DNA of 48,161 bases from assembly GCA_905182445.1 (NCBI GenBank), contig CAJJBM010000019.1, forward strand, positions 1 to 48,161, written 5' to 3'. Each line of letters starts with the position of its first letter. The first letter of the stretch is position 1. Below the pieces are notes generated by a model. That model was not told the DNA's origin. It made no database searches and saw only the letters and a list, made by a program, of their open reading frames with translations. Source of the DNA: Pelagibacteraceae bacterium AG-422-B15 (GTDB lineage Bacteria; Pseudomonadota; Alphaproteobacteria; Pelagibacterales; AG-422-B15). Positions 1 through 9,592 of this stretch are shown here, piece by piece. The translations under genes were made by a program, and so were the position numbers.

Positions 1-804
1 ATCTACCCCACCTGCGAATGATATGAGTCCAATTCTAGCCTCGTAAAGTTTTTGATAATCTTTATCTACATACTTAATCAGTCTTTGTGCAGTACGATAC
101 TGCTTATTCCAAAGTAAAGTTGATATTCTTTTTTTATGATGCTCATTATTTAAAAAAGATTTGAATTTTATTACTATTTGTTTTTGTTCATCTATTCCAA
201 AAGAGCCCTCAATGTAGCCCTCTCTAATTAATCTAATTCCTTCTTCTTTTTCCCCGATTGAAATATATGCATTACCTAAATAAATCTTACCTATTCCACT
301 CTGAATTTTATTCTCTCTAAAAAAACTAATTATATCAGAAGGAGAGTCTGAGAATCTAATTTTTGTCTCAGCTTTAAATTTGATTTTTTCTATATCAGGC
401 CAATTATTATTTTCTATTACATAATTTATATAATCTTTAAATGTTAAATCGGATGCACCATTATAATATCGTATCCATTCGATTAGATTTAAAGCGTTCT
501 CATCCTTCAAATTTTTCTTGATATTTGATACTCTTTCCCATTTCCATTTTTTTGATTGTCCTATAGCAAGACCTAGAATATTAAATTCCTTATTGGATAA
601 AGTCTTTGATGAAATCGGCGCCTTAGGTTTTTTAATTGGAGATAAGAGAAATGGTTTGGTTGGTTTTTTTGTAGGAAAATTTGAAACTAATATCTTCTGG
701 CTATTTATGTCCAAATTTAAAGATTCATGGCTAATTTCTTTGGCTGAAGCCTCAAAAGCACCTAAAATAAACAATGATAGTATTATAATTATAGATTGTT
801 TCAC
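1..804 (-). CDS. Lytic murein transglycosylase (Slt70-like), N-terminal 268 codons; the C-terminus lies beyond the window edge
   Basis: Not in the ORF track (no stop in window). I translated the reverse complement of 1..804 and found an uninterrupted frame. GTG start at 804..802, four codons after an in-frame TAA. Signal-peptide-like N-terminus VKQSIIIILSLFILGAFEASA. The body (...YVIENNNWPDIEKIKFKAE...HHKKRISTLLWNKQYRTAQRLIKY...) resembles the superhelical N-domain of Slt-type transglycosylases. A divergent slt/dapA pair is common in alphaproteobacteria. The catalytic domain is not visible here. Confidence 0.65.
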   Translation of the reverse strand, partial: MKQSIIIILSLFILGAFEASAKEISHESLNLDINSQKILVSNFPTKKPTKPFLLSPIKKPKAPISSKTLSNKEFNILGLAIGQSKKWKWERVSNIKKNLKDENALNLIEWIRYYNGASDLTFKDYINYVIENNNWPDIEKIKFKAETKIRFSDSPSDIISFFRENKIQSGIGKIYLGNAYISIGEKEEGIRLIREGYIEGSFGIDEQKQIVIKFKSFLNNEHHKKRISTLLWNKQYRTAQRLIKYVDKDYQKLYEARIGLISFAGGVD

Positions 805-886
805 AAAAAGAATAAATTAATGGTTTTGAGAGTATATTTATGATTTATATTTTTTAAATAATTAAAAATGATACAGTGTAACATAT

Positions 887-1762
887 ATGTTTAAAGGTTC
901 TTTTACAGCATTAATTACCCCGTTTAAAGACGGTAAATTTGATGAAACTTCTTTTCGGTCAATAATTGACTTTCAGCTTAACTCAGGAACACATGGATTA
1001 GTTCCTACGGGAACCACTGGCGAATCTCCCACACTAAGCCATGAGGAACATATTCGAATAGTTGAGGTGTGCATTGAACAGGCTAACAAAAAAGCTCCTG
1101 TTATTGCAGGTACTGGGTCTAATTCTACAGAGGAAGCAATTTACTTAACTAAACATGCAGAAAAAGCTGGTGCTGACGCAGCACTAGTTGTTACACCTTA
1201 TTATAACAAGCCATCACAAGAAGGTTTATTGCAACATTTTACAAAAATTGCCAATAGCGTAGATATTCCAATTATTATTTATAATATTCCTGGAAGATCA
1301 ATTGTAGATATGACTAATGAAACAATGGCAAAATTATTTAAGATAAAAAATATTGTTGGTGTTAAAGATGCAACTGGAGATATTCCACGTGTATATTTTA
1401 CAAAGAATGAAGTTGGGAGTGATTACAATCTCCTAAGTGGGGATGACGCTACTACATTGGCATTTTTAACATATGGTGGACATGGAGCTATTTCAGTTAC
1501 ATCAAATATTGCTCCAAAATTATGCTCTGATTTTCATAATCTTTGTATGGACAAAAAATTTCATGAGGCATCATTGATTAATGATTGTTTAATGCCATTA
1601 CATAAAGCTTTATTTTTAGAGTCCAGTCCTGGACCAGTTAAGTATGCGGCATCTATTTTAGGCTTATGTTCAGAGGAAGTAAGGTTGCCCGTAACTACAA
1701 TCAGTAATTATACTAAAAAAATTATTGATAGTGCTTTGAGACATGCCTTACTTATTAATTAA
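887..1762 (+). CDS. dapA: 4-hydroxy-tetrahydrodipicolinate synthase
   Basis: 291-aa ORF with the PTGTTGESPTLS motif, Schiff-base lysine context VGVKDATG, and full-length DHDPS-family similarity. Confidence 0.93.
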   Translation: MFKGSFTALITPFKDGKFDETSFRSIIDFQLNSGTHGLVPTGTTGESPTLSHEEHIRIVEVCIEQANKKAPVIAGTGSNSTEEAIYLTKHAEKAGADAALVVTPYYNKPSQEGLLQHFTKIANSVDIPIIIYNIPGRSIVDMTNETMAKLFKIKNIVGVKDATGDIPRVYFTKNEVGSDYNLLSGDDATTLAFLTYGGHGAISVTSNIAPKLCSDFHNLCMDKKFHEASLINDCLMPLHKALFLESSPGPVKYAASILGLCSEEVRLPVTTISNYTKKIIDSALRHALLIN

Positions 1763-1764
1763 AA

Positions 1765-2202
1765 TTGACTATCGTAGCCCAAAATAAAAAAGCTCGTTAT
1801 AATTATCTATTCTTAGAATTATTTGAGTCAGGAATAGAGCTGAGGGGTAGCGAGGTTAAATCACTTCGGTTAGGTAGAGTAAATATTACAGAGTCATATG
1901 CCAGGGAAGAAAGAAATGAATTATTTTTAATTAATTCTCACTTTGCAAAATATACTAATTCTTCTTATATGAATCATGAAGAAACTAGACCAAGAAAACT
2001 CTTGCTAAATAAAAGAGAGATAAGAAAAATTATTGGTAAGTTAAATAAAGAATCTCTAACGTTAGTACCTACAAAAATATTTTTTAATAAAAAAGGATTT
2101 GCAAAAGTTGAAATTGCACTAGCTAAAGGAAAAAAAGACCATGATAAACGTGAAGTAGATAAAAAAAGATCATGGGAAAGAGAAAAGAAAAAATATAAAT
2201 GA
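1765..2202 (+). CDS. smpB: SsrA-binding protein
   Basis: 145 aa with AQNKKARYNY...IELRGSEVKSLR and a basic C-terminal tail typical of SmpB. TTG start 3 nt after the dapA stop. Confidence 0.9.
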   Translation: MTIVAQNKKARYNYLFLELFESGIELRGSEVKSLRLGRVNITESYAREERNELFLINSHFAKYTNSSYMNHEETRPRKLLLNKREIRKIIGKLNKESLTLVPTKIFFNKKGFAKVEIALAKGKKDHDKREVDKKRSWEREKKKYK

Positions 2203-2714
2203 TTTATGCTATTGGACTGGGATCAAATTTAAATTCTAGATATGGAAATCAATACCAAACTTTAAAAAAATCAATTGTTTGTATAAAAAGAAATAATATC
2301 CAAGTTTTAAAAACATCAAATATATATATAACTCAGCCTGTGGGAATGAAAGGTAATAATTGGTTCTTAAATGCGGCCATAATAATCTCAACTCAATTAA
2401 AGCCATATAATCTTTTAAGGTCTTTTAAAAAAATTGAGAATGAAATGGGAAGAAATGCTTATAAACCAAATACAGCGCGGCCATGTGATTTAGATATACT
2501 TATGACTAATCAAAATACAATTTTTGATAACCAAGAAAATAAATATAACATAAGTATTCCGCATAAAAAATTGCATGAAAGAATGTTTGTGCTAAGACCT
2601 TTGATGGACATATGTCCTCACTGGAATCATCCATTATTAAATATAAGTATCAAAAAAATAATCTCTACCTCTGAATCTATTGAAAAAATTAGGATATATA
2701 GGAATAAATTATGA
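2199..2714 (+). CDS. folK: 2-amino-4-hydroxy-6-hydroxymethyldihydropteridine pyrophosphokinase (HPPK)
   Basis: 171 aa with the IYAIGLGSN start and the RPCDLDIL and HERMFVLRPL motifs of HPPK. ATGA overlap with smpB. Confidence 0.85.
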   Translation: MIYAIGLGSNLNSRYGNQYQTLKKSIVCIKRNNIQVLKTSNIYITQPVGMKGNNWFLNAAIIISTQLKPYNLLRSFKKIENEMGRNAYKPNTARPCDLDILMTNQNTIFDNQENKYNISIPHKKLHERMFVLRPLMDICPHWNHPLLNISIKKIISTSESIEKIRIYRNKL

Positions 2715-2771
2715 TATTTCAGACATTTTTAGTTATTTCTTTATACTTAAAATCGTGATTAAAAGTACTAT

Positions 2772-4895
2772 ATGCAGCAACCAGACTTTATAAAAAATAT
2801 TAAGTCTAAAGATAATGATGCAAATCAATCTTTAATAGAAAAAGCTTATTTTTTTGCACTAGAGGCTCACAAGTCTCAAAAAAGATATTCCGGGGAGCCT
2901 TACATATCCCATCCAGTAAAAGTTGCAGAAATACTTACTAATTTAAAATTAGATACGGCAACAATAATTACAGGGCTATTACACGACACAATCGAAGACA
3001 CACCAGCATCTATGGTAGAATTAAAAGATAAATTTGGTGATGAGATAGCAAATCTAGTTGATGGTGTTACTAAAATATCTAAAATGAAGAAACATTCAGA
3101 TATTAAGAATCAAGCTGAAAATTTTAGAAAATTGATATTAGCTGTTTCAAAAGATATTAGAGTCTTGTTAGTAAAGTTAGCTGACAGATTACACAATATG
3201 AGAACTATAAGCTATGTGCCAAATGAGGAAAAAAGAAAACGAATAGCTTTAGAGACAATGGAAATTTATGCTCCTTTGGCAGGAAGGTTAGGCATGCAAT
3301 CATTCAGAGATGAGCTTGAAGATTTATCTTTTCAGATTTTAAACGATGCTGCCTATAGTTCTATAAAAAATAGAGTTGATTATTTAAAAAATAGTAGCAG
3401 CAATCTTACCGAAAAAATAAATATTCAAATAGTTAACCTATTAACTGATGAAAGCATATCCTGTGAAGTATTGGGTAGAGAAAAAAGAATTTATTCAATC
3501 TGGAATAAGATGCAGCGTAAGGAAATTGCCTTTAGACAGCTATCAGATATATTTGCATATAGAATTATTACAACCAATAAAAGTGATTGCTATAAAGCCT
3601 TGGGAGTAATTCACTCTAAATGGTCAGTTGTTCCAGGTTCTTTTAAAGATTATATTTCTACTCCAAAGATTAATAGTTATAGCTCACTTCATACAACAAT
3701 TGTAGGGCCGCAAAGGCAAAGGGTAGAACTTCAAATCAGAACTAAAGAGATGAGTGAAGTAGCTGACACGGGAATTGCGGCACACTGGCAATATAAAGAT
3801 AATTATAATCTAGTAGACGATTCATCTTCTGATCCAATTAACGTAACCTGGTTAAGAGACTTGGTTGATATATTAGATTCTGGTGCTACTTCTGAGGAAT
3901 TACTTGAAGCTACAAAACTAGAGATGTTTCAACAACAAGTATTTTGCTTTACCCCCAAAGGAGATTTGATCCATTTGCCTATAAATTCTAATCCAATTGA
4001 CTTTGCGTACGCCCTACATTCAGAAATAGGTAATATGTGCATAGGATGTAAAGTTAACGGTAAATCTCAACCTTTATTTATCAAATTACAAAACGGTGAC
4101 GAGGTAGAAATTTTAACATCTAAAGGACAAGAACCTTCAGAAGTATGGGAAAATATTGCTACAACAGCAAAAGCCCAATCATCAATTAAGCGTTATTTTA
4201 AAAAACAAGAGAATAATGATTTTGTTGATTTAGGAAAAAGAATTTTATTAAACTCGCTTGGTTTTTCTAAAGATGTCCCAGAAAATATTTCAAACGAGAT
4301 GATGAACAAATTTAAGAAAAAATCTTTAAACGAATTGCTTATATCTATTGGGAGAGGTCATATTAAAAATAAAGAAATAGTAAGATTTAAGCCTAGAAAG
4401 AGATTATCTTTTTTTACTAGATATAGGAAAAGTCCCAATGAAACAGTCCCTTTGGAAATTAAAGGCTTACAACCCGGACTAGCAGTCCATTTTGCTGAAT
4501 GTTGCTTACCTCTACCTAATGAAAATATTATAGGTGTGTCAGAAATAGATATTGGAGTAATTATACACAATTCAAATTGTAAAAAGTTAAATGAAGATTT
4601 CTCTCAAGATCTTTGGCTTATGGCAACTTGGAAAGATATAAGTGAAGAGCAGTTATTTACCTCAAGGATTAAAGTATCAGTTGTGAATGAGCCAGGTTCT
4701 CTAGGTATGCTTGCTACTCATATTGGTGAACATGGAGGAAATATTATTAATTTAAATATTTCTGAGAAAAGTAATGATTTTTTTGATATGATATTTGAAA
4801 TGAATTTGAAAAATTTAGAGCATCTAAATACTATCATAGATAACCTTAAAGAACTTGATAGAGTTAGTATGGTTAAAAGATTATATATTAATTAG
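2772..4895 (+). CDS. spoT: Bifunctional (p)ppGpp synthetase/hydrolase (single RSH)
   Basis: 707 aa. HD hydrolase motif (HPVKVAEIL...LLHDTIEDT), synthetase core (GREKRIYSIWNKM...ELQIRTKEM...AAHWQYK), TGS region and ACT-like C-terminus. Confidence 0.9.
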   Translation: MQQPDFIKNIKSKDNDANQSLIEKAYFFALEAHKSQKRYSGEPYISHPVKVAEILTNLKLDTATIITGLLHDTIEDTPASMVELKDKFGDEIANLVDGVTKISKMKKHSDIKNQAENFRKLILAVSKDIRVLLVKLADRLHNMRTISYVPNEEKRKRIALETMEIYAPLAGRLGMQSFRDELEDLSFQILNDAAYSSIKNRVDYLKNSSSNLTEKINIQIVNLLTDESISCEVLGREKRIYSIWNKMQRKEIAFRQLSDIFAYRIITTNKSDCYKALGVIHSKWSVVPGSFKDYISTPKINSYSSLHTTIVGPQRQRVELQIRTKEMSEVADTGIAAHWQYKDNYNLVDDSSSDPINVTWLRDLVDILDSGATSEELLEATKLEMFQQQVFCFTPKGDLIHLPINSNPIDFAYALHSEIGNMCIGCKVNGKSQPLFIKLQNGDEVEILTSKGQEPSEVWENIATTAKAQSSIKRYFKKQENNDFVDLGKRILLNSLGFSKDVPENISNEMMNKFKKKSLNELLISIGRGHIKNKEIVRFKPRKRLSFFTRYRKSPNETVPLEIKGLQPGLAVHFAECCLPLPNENIIGVSEIDIGVIIHNSNCKKLNEDFSQDLWLMATWKDISEEQLFTSRIKVSVVNEPGSLGMLATHIGEHGGNIINLNISEKSNDFFDMIFEMNLKNLEHLNTIIDNLKELDRVSMVKRLYIN

Positions 4896-4897
4896 AT

Positions 4898-5476
4898 ATG
4901 AAAAAAGAAGAAATAGTCAATATACTTGAAGAAACAGGAGCCATTCAACATGGTCATTTTATACTTTCTTCAGGCAAGAGATCAGCTATTTACTGCCAAT
5001 GTGCAAAATTATTTATATATCCTGAAATAGCTGAAAAAATTTGCAAAGAACTTGCTACTAAGATTTCAAGTAAAATTAAGCATGAAATTGATTATGTTGT
5101 TGCCCCTGCCATGGGTGGAATCTTGGTTGGCTATGAACTTGCTAAGCAACTAAAAACTAAATCTGTCTTTTACGAAAGAGTAGATAATATTTTTGAATTA
5201 AGAAGAGGCTTTAAAATAGAGCCAGATGCTAAAGTTTTATTGGTTGAAGATGTTATTACTACTGGAAAATCAGCTAACGAGTGTATTGATGAGTTGAATA
5301 AAATTGGCGCTAACCTTTTGGCAACTGTTTGTTTAATCGATAGAACTAATTCTGAAAGTGTAATTCAGGATCCAATTTCTATTTATAAATTAAATATTCC
5401 AATCTATGATAAGGACTCATTACCAAATGAGTTAAGATTAATCGAACCAATAAAACCAGGTAGTAGAAACATATAG
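4898..5476 (+). CDS. pyrE: Orotate phosphoribosyltransferase
   Basis: 192 aa; type-I PRTase PRPP loop VLLVEDVITTGKS. Confidence 0.88.
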   Translation: MKKEEIVNILEETGAIQHGHFILSSGKRSAIYCQCAKLFIYPEIAEKICKELATKISSKIKHEIDYVVAPAMGGILVGYELAKQLKTKSVFYERVDNIFELRRGFKIEPDAKVLLVEDVITTGKSANECIDELNKIGANLLATVCLIDRTNSESVIQDPISIYKLNIPIYDKDSLPNELRLIEPIKPGSRNI

Positions 5477-5480
5477 TTAT

Positions 5481-6212
5481 ATGTCTAAAGCGAGACTTGG
5501 AGTTAACATAGACCACGTTGCTACGGTTAGAAATGCACGTGGTGAAAATTATCCAAGCCCATTAAGAGCTGCCCTAGATGCTGAATTACATGGAGCCGAT
5601 GGCATCACAGCGCACCTTAGAGAAGATAGAAGACATATATTAGACAAAGATATAGAAGATTTGATTGGCAATCTTAAAATTCCATTAAATTTAGAGATGG
5701 CTGCAACAGAAGAAATGCTTTTAATAGCATTAAATCATAAACCTAATGCATGTTGTATTGTTCCAGAAAAAAGAGAAGAAATTACAACTGAGGGAGGGAT
5801 AGATACAGTTAAGAATTTTAAGACTTTAAAAAATTACACCTCTCAGATTAGAGATAATGGCTCAAGAGTTTCCTTGTTTATTGATGCTGATAAAGTTCAG
5901 ATAGACAATTGCAAGAAAATTGGAGCAGATATTATTGAAATTCATACTGGAAAATACTGTCAACTTATCGAGACAGATAGTCCTAGTGCAGGTATAGAAT
6001 TAGAAAAAATTGTTCTTATGTCAGAATATGCTGCTAGCATAGGATTGGAAATTCATGCGGGACATGGTATTACCTTCAATTCAATAAAGCCTTTAGCAAA
6101 GATTCAATCTATAAAAGAATTTAACATAGGACACTTTATAATTGGTGAGTCAATTTTTATGGGTTTAGAAAAAACTATTAAAAAAATGAAATCTTTAATT
6201 TTAGAAAGTTAA
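5481..6212 (+). CDS. pdxJ: Pyridoxine 5'-phosphate synthase
   Basis: 243 aa with LGVNIDHVATVRNARG, HLREDRRHI and EIHTGKY motifs. Confidence 0.93.
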   Translation: MSKARLGVNIDHVATVRNARGENYPSPLRAALDAELHGADGITAHLREDRRHILDKDIEDLIGNLKIPLNLEMAATEEMLLIALNHKPNACCIVPEKREEITTEGGIDTVKNFKTLKNYTSQIRDNGSRVSLFIDADKVQIDNCKKIGADIIEIHTGKYCQLIETDSPSAGIELEKIVLMSEYAASIGLEIHAGHGITFNSIKPLAKIQSIKEFNIGHFIIGESIFMGLEKTIKKMKSLILES

Positions 6213-6215
6213 TAA

Positions 6216-6605
6216 ATGATTGGCATTGGTACTGACATTCTGGATATTAGAAGAATAGAAAAAACTATTAATCGTTTTGGTGATCGGTTTAAGAAAAGAA
6301 TATTTACAGAAAATGAAATTAAAAAATGTGAAGCTAGAAAGCTATCAACTAATTGCTATGCAAAACGATATGCAGCTAAAGAGGCAGCATCTAAAGCACT
6401 TGGTACAGGATTTCGCAAAGGCGTCTTTTGGAAAGATTTGGAGGTATGTAATTTACCTTCTGGGCAGCCAACAATAATTTTTCATGGCGGGGCAAAAGAT
6501 CACCTAGATCATTTAACACCATTGAAAAAAGAGGCTGTCGTTAACCTTACTATTACAGATGAGTACCCTTATGCTCAAGCAATTGTAATTATTGAAAGTA
6601 ATTAA
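6216..6605 (+). CDS. acpS: Holo-[acyl-carrier-protein] synthase
   Basis: 129 aa. MIGIGTDILDIRRIEK start typical of AcpS; sits after pdxJ as in many bacteria. Confidence 0.9.
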   Translation: MIGIGTDILDIRRIEKTINRFGDRFKKRIFTENEIKKCEARKLSTNCYAKRYAAKEAASKALGTGFRKGVFWKDLEVCNLPSGQPTIIFHGGAKDHLDHLTPLKKEAVVNLTITDEYPYAQAIVIIESN

Positions 6606-6607
6606 AA

Positions 6608-7342
6608 ATGAAAAATAAATCAATATCCTTTGAGTGGTTTAAGTCAAATGCATTATCTCTTATTTATGCAATACTTATAGCTGTTATTATTAGAACTTTT
6701 CTTTTTCAAGCTTTTTTTATACCCTCATCATCAATGGAACCTACTCTTTTAGTGGGAGATAGATTGTTTGTATCAAAATTTACATATGGATACAGTAAAC
6801 ATTCATTTCCATTTAGTTTACCTCTTATATCAGACAGAGTCTTATTTTCAGAACCTGAAAGAGGTGATACCATAGTCTTTAAGACACCAGAAAACTTAAA
6901 GATAGATTATATAAAAAGACTTGTTGGATTGCCTGGAGATAAAATTCAGATGATTAATGGAGTGCTTAATATTAATGATATTCCTATAATTAGAAAAAAA
7001 ATACGGGAAGAATCTAAGATCATTAATAATAGTCAAATATTGACAGCTTCAGTTTATAAAGAGACTTTGCCTAACGGAGTTTCATTTGAAACTTTTGATA
7101 TGGGAAATACTAGGGCTGATAACACTAGGGTCTTTAATGTTCCAAACGGCGAGTATTTTTTTATGGGTGACAATAGAGATAATTCAAAAGATAGCAGGTT
7201 TATTGGTACTGTACCTAAAGACAACCTAGTAGGAAAAGCACAGATAATATTTTTTGCAACTGAAGGGGGCTCTACTATTTTAGAGTTTTGGAAATGGCCT
7301 TTTGATATTCAGTTAAACAGAATATTTAAGATTATTAATTGA
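6608..7342 (+). CDS. lepB: Signal peptidase I
   Basis: 244 aa. N-terminal TM segment, Ser box IPSSSMEPTL, Lys box YIKRLVGLPGD, and GDNRDNSKDSR box. Confidence 0.9.
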   Translation: MKNKSISFEWFKSNALSLIYAILIAVIIRTFLFQAFFIPSSSMEPTLLVGDRLFVSKFTYGYSKHSFPFSLPLISDRVLFSEPERGDTIVFKTPENLKIDYIKRLVGLPGDKIQMINGVLNINDIPIIRKKIREESKIINNSQILTASVYKETLPNGVSFETFDMGNTRADNTRVFNVPNGEYFFMGDNRDNSKDSRFIGTVPKDNLVGKAQIIFFATEGGSTILEFWKWPFDIQLNRIFKIIN

Positions 7343-8013
7343 CTATGAAAACCGAACTACTAGAGAGCTATATCTCATACACATTTAAAGATAAAAGTAT
7401 TTTGAAAAGAGCACTCACTCACAAAAGTACCATGGTATCAATGCACAATGAACAATACGAATTTTTAGGTGATAGGGTATTAGGTCTAGTTATTGCTGAA
7501 ACATTGCAACAAAACTATAGTGAAATTTCGGAAGGAAATTTAGATAAAGTATTCAGTACCCTAGTTAACAAAGACATATGTGCAGAAGTGGCATCAAAAA
7601 TTAATTTAGGAGATTTCCTAATCCTTGGAAAAACTGAAATAGCCTCTGATGGAAAAAACAAAATAGGTATTTTAGCTGATTCATGTGAAGCACTTATAGC
7701 CTCCATTTATCTAGATGGTGGTTATATTGAGGCAAAAAATTTTATAATCAATAATTGGAAAAAATCATTAGATTCCATTGATTTAAATTTTAAAGATCCA
7801 AAATCTACATTGCAAGAATGGAGTTTGAAAAAATATAAAAGATTACCTGAATATAAAGTGATACAAGAAGATGGTCCGGCACATTCTCCTACTTTTAAAG
7901 TCAGTGTAAAGTTTGATAGCTATCAAGAAGCAGAAGCAACATCAGGCAATATAAAAGATGCTGAAAAAAAAGCTGCTGTTGAATTTATAAAATTAAATAA
8001 ATTAGAAATTTAG
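7339..8013 (+). CDS. rnc: Ribonuclease III
   Basis: RNase III signature EFLGDRVLGL and a C-terminal dsRNA-binding domain (DPKSTLQEW...GPAHSPTF). The track start is a TTG overlapping the lepB stop; the ATG at 7345 is an equally plausible start. Confidence 0.9.
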   Translation: MTMKTELLESYISYTFKDKSILKRALTHKSTMVSMHNEQYEFLGDRVLGLVIAETLQQNYSEISEGNLDKVFSTLVNKDICAEVASKINLGDFLILGKTEIASDGKNKIGILADSCEALIASIYLDGGYIEAKNFIINNWKKSLDSIDLNFKDPKSTLQEWSLKKYKRLPEYKVIQEDGPAHSPTFKVSVKFDSYQEAEATSGNIKDAEKKAAVEFIKLNKLEI

Positions 8014-8018
8014 AAATT

Positions 8019-8867
8019 ATGAAGAGCGGTACAATTTTACTTTTGGGTGCAACAAATTCAGGCAAATCTACTTTAGTTAACCAAATTGTCGGTAAAAGAG
8101 TTTCAATGGTTTCTAGAAAAAAACAATCAACTACCTTTAATCAAAAAGCAGTTAAAAATATTTCAGAAACTGAATTTATTCTTCAAGATACACCTGGTAT
8201 TTATTCGGCTAAAACAAAAATCAGTAATAGAATGACTAATACAGCTTTTTCGGCAATTGATGAAGCTAACTTGATTTTAGTTGTTGTTGATTCTGGGTCA
8301 ACCAAGAATAGTGAAATCGATAAGATAATTAAAACTTTAAACGAATCCAATCAGACTACTAAGATTTTCTTGGTGCTAAACAAGACTGATAAGGTTAGTA
8401 GAGAAATGGTTCTTGAGAAGATTAAAGCTCTTGGAGATATGAGCTTATTTGAAGAAATTTTTCCTATTTCAGCACTTATTGGCGATGGTGTTCAAGAAAT
8501 GTTAGATATAATAAAAAAATATTTACCAAAAAGTGAAAAAAAGTTTTCCAATAAAAAAACTCTTTTTGTTAGTAAGGATGTTTATTACACCGAGGTAACA
8601 AGAGAAAAGCTTTACGATAGAACGCACAAAGAAATCCCATATGAATGTAAAATTACTACTGATAAAATATCAAATTCTAAAAATGCAATTACTATTCATC
8701 AAACAATTCATATTAATAAAAAATCACATAAATATATTCTTGTTGGTAACAAAGGTAGTAACTTAAAATCTATTGGAGAATCTTCTAGATTAGAAATATC
8801 TAAGTTTATGAATAAAAAAGTGAACTTATTTTTATTCGTAAAGTTAACAAGTATAAATAAATCGTGA
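8019..8867 (+). CDS. era: GTPase Era
   Basis: 282 aa. G1 GATNSGKST, G3 QDTPG, G4 LNKTD, C-terminal KH-like region. Conserved rnc-era-recO order. Confidence 0.88.
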   Translation: MKSGTILLLGATNSGKSTLVNQIVGKRVSMVSRKKQSTTFNQKAVKNISETEFILQDTPGIYSAKTKISNRMTNTAFSAIDEANLILVVVDSGSTKNSEIDKIIKTLNESNQTTKIFLVLNKTDKVSREMVLEKIKALGDMSLFEEIFPISALIGDGVQEMLDIIKKYLPKSEKKFSNKKTLFVSKDVYYTEVTREKLYDRTHKEIPYECKITTDKISNSKNAITIHQTIHINKKSHKYILVGNKGSNLKSIGESSRLEISKFMNKKVNLFLFVKLTSINKS

Positions 8868-9586
8868 GATGGTCTAGCGAGGGTTTCGTTTTAAGTTTAA
8901 AGCCACATAATGAGAAGTCGTATATTTTAGAAGTTTTAACTCGTGAACATGGAAAACACAAAGGTCTTATCAGAGGCGTTCACTCAAAAAATATTAGATC
9001 TATAATAGAGCCAGGAAATGAAATTACCGCACATTGGTCTGGTAGATTGGAAACACACTTAGGCAATTATTCTGTTGAAGGGATTAAATCATGGTCCTCT
9101 TTAATTTTAAGTGAAAGAGAAAGATTATGTGCATTAACTTCTGCATGTAGTTTAATTACAACCACTCTTGCAGAGAAACAACCAAATGAAAATATATATT
9201 CTGGCTTAAAATCCTTAATACAGATATTAACTTCAAATAATAATGAATGGATAAAAGATTATATTATCTGGGAATTGAATTTATTAACTGAAATTGGATA
9301 TGGGCTGGACTTATCAAAATGTGCGGTAACCAGCGAAAAAAATAATTTAGTTTATGTTTCACCTTCTACTGGTTCCGCTGTAACTGAGGCTGGTGCTGGT
9401 ACATATAAGAATAAATTACTAAGACTACCTAAATTTTTAATTGATTCTAAAATTTCGATTTCGAATGAAGATATTCTTGATGGCTTAAAACTTAGTGAAT
9501 TTTTTTTAAAGAAATGGTTTTTTCAGCCAAATAATCTTAATTTCCCTGAATCAAGGAATCGCCTTAAAAGTATGTTTACAATTTAA
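8864..9586 (+). CDS. recO: DNA repair protein RecO
   Basis: 240 aa; position after era with a 4-nt overlap; N-terminal OB-fold-like region. Assignment rests mainly on size and synteny. Confidence 0.78.
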   Translation: MRWSSEGFVLSLKPHNEKSYILEVLTREHGKHKGLIRGVHSKNIRSIIEPGNEITAHWSGRLETHLGNYSVEGIKSWSSLILSERERLCALTSACSLITTTLAEKQPNENIYSGLKSLIQILTSNNNEWIKDYIIWELNLLTEIGYGLDLSKCAVTSEKNNLVYVSPSTGSAVTEAGAGTYKNKLLRLPKFLIDSKISISNEDILDGLKLSEFFLKKWFFQPNNLNFPESRNRLKSMFTI

Positions 9587-9592
9587 GTTATT

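Noticed and set aside
518-820. 100-aa plus-strand ORF from the track
   Set aside because: It lies entirely antisense to a longer, uninterrupted minus-strand frame (1..804) that has a signal peptide and Slt-like sequence. The plus-strand product has no recognisable features. It is a shadow ORF.
6277-6477. 66-aa same-strand alternative-frame ORF inside acpS
   Set aside because: It is nested in acpS, is a lysine/glutamine-rich product of A-rich sequence, and has no independent start context.
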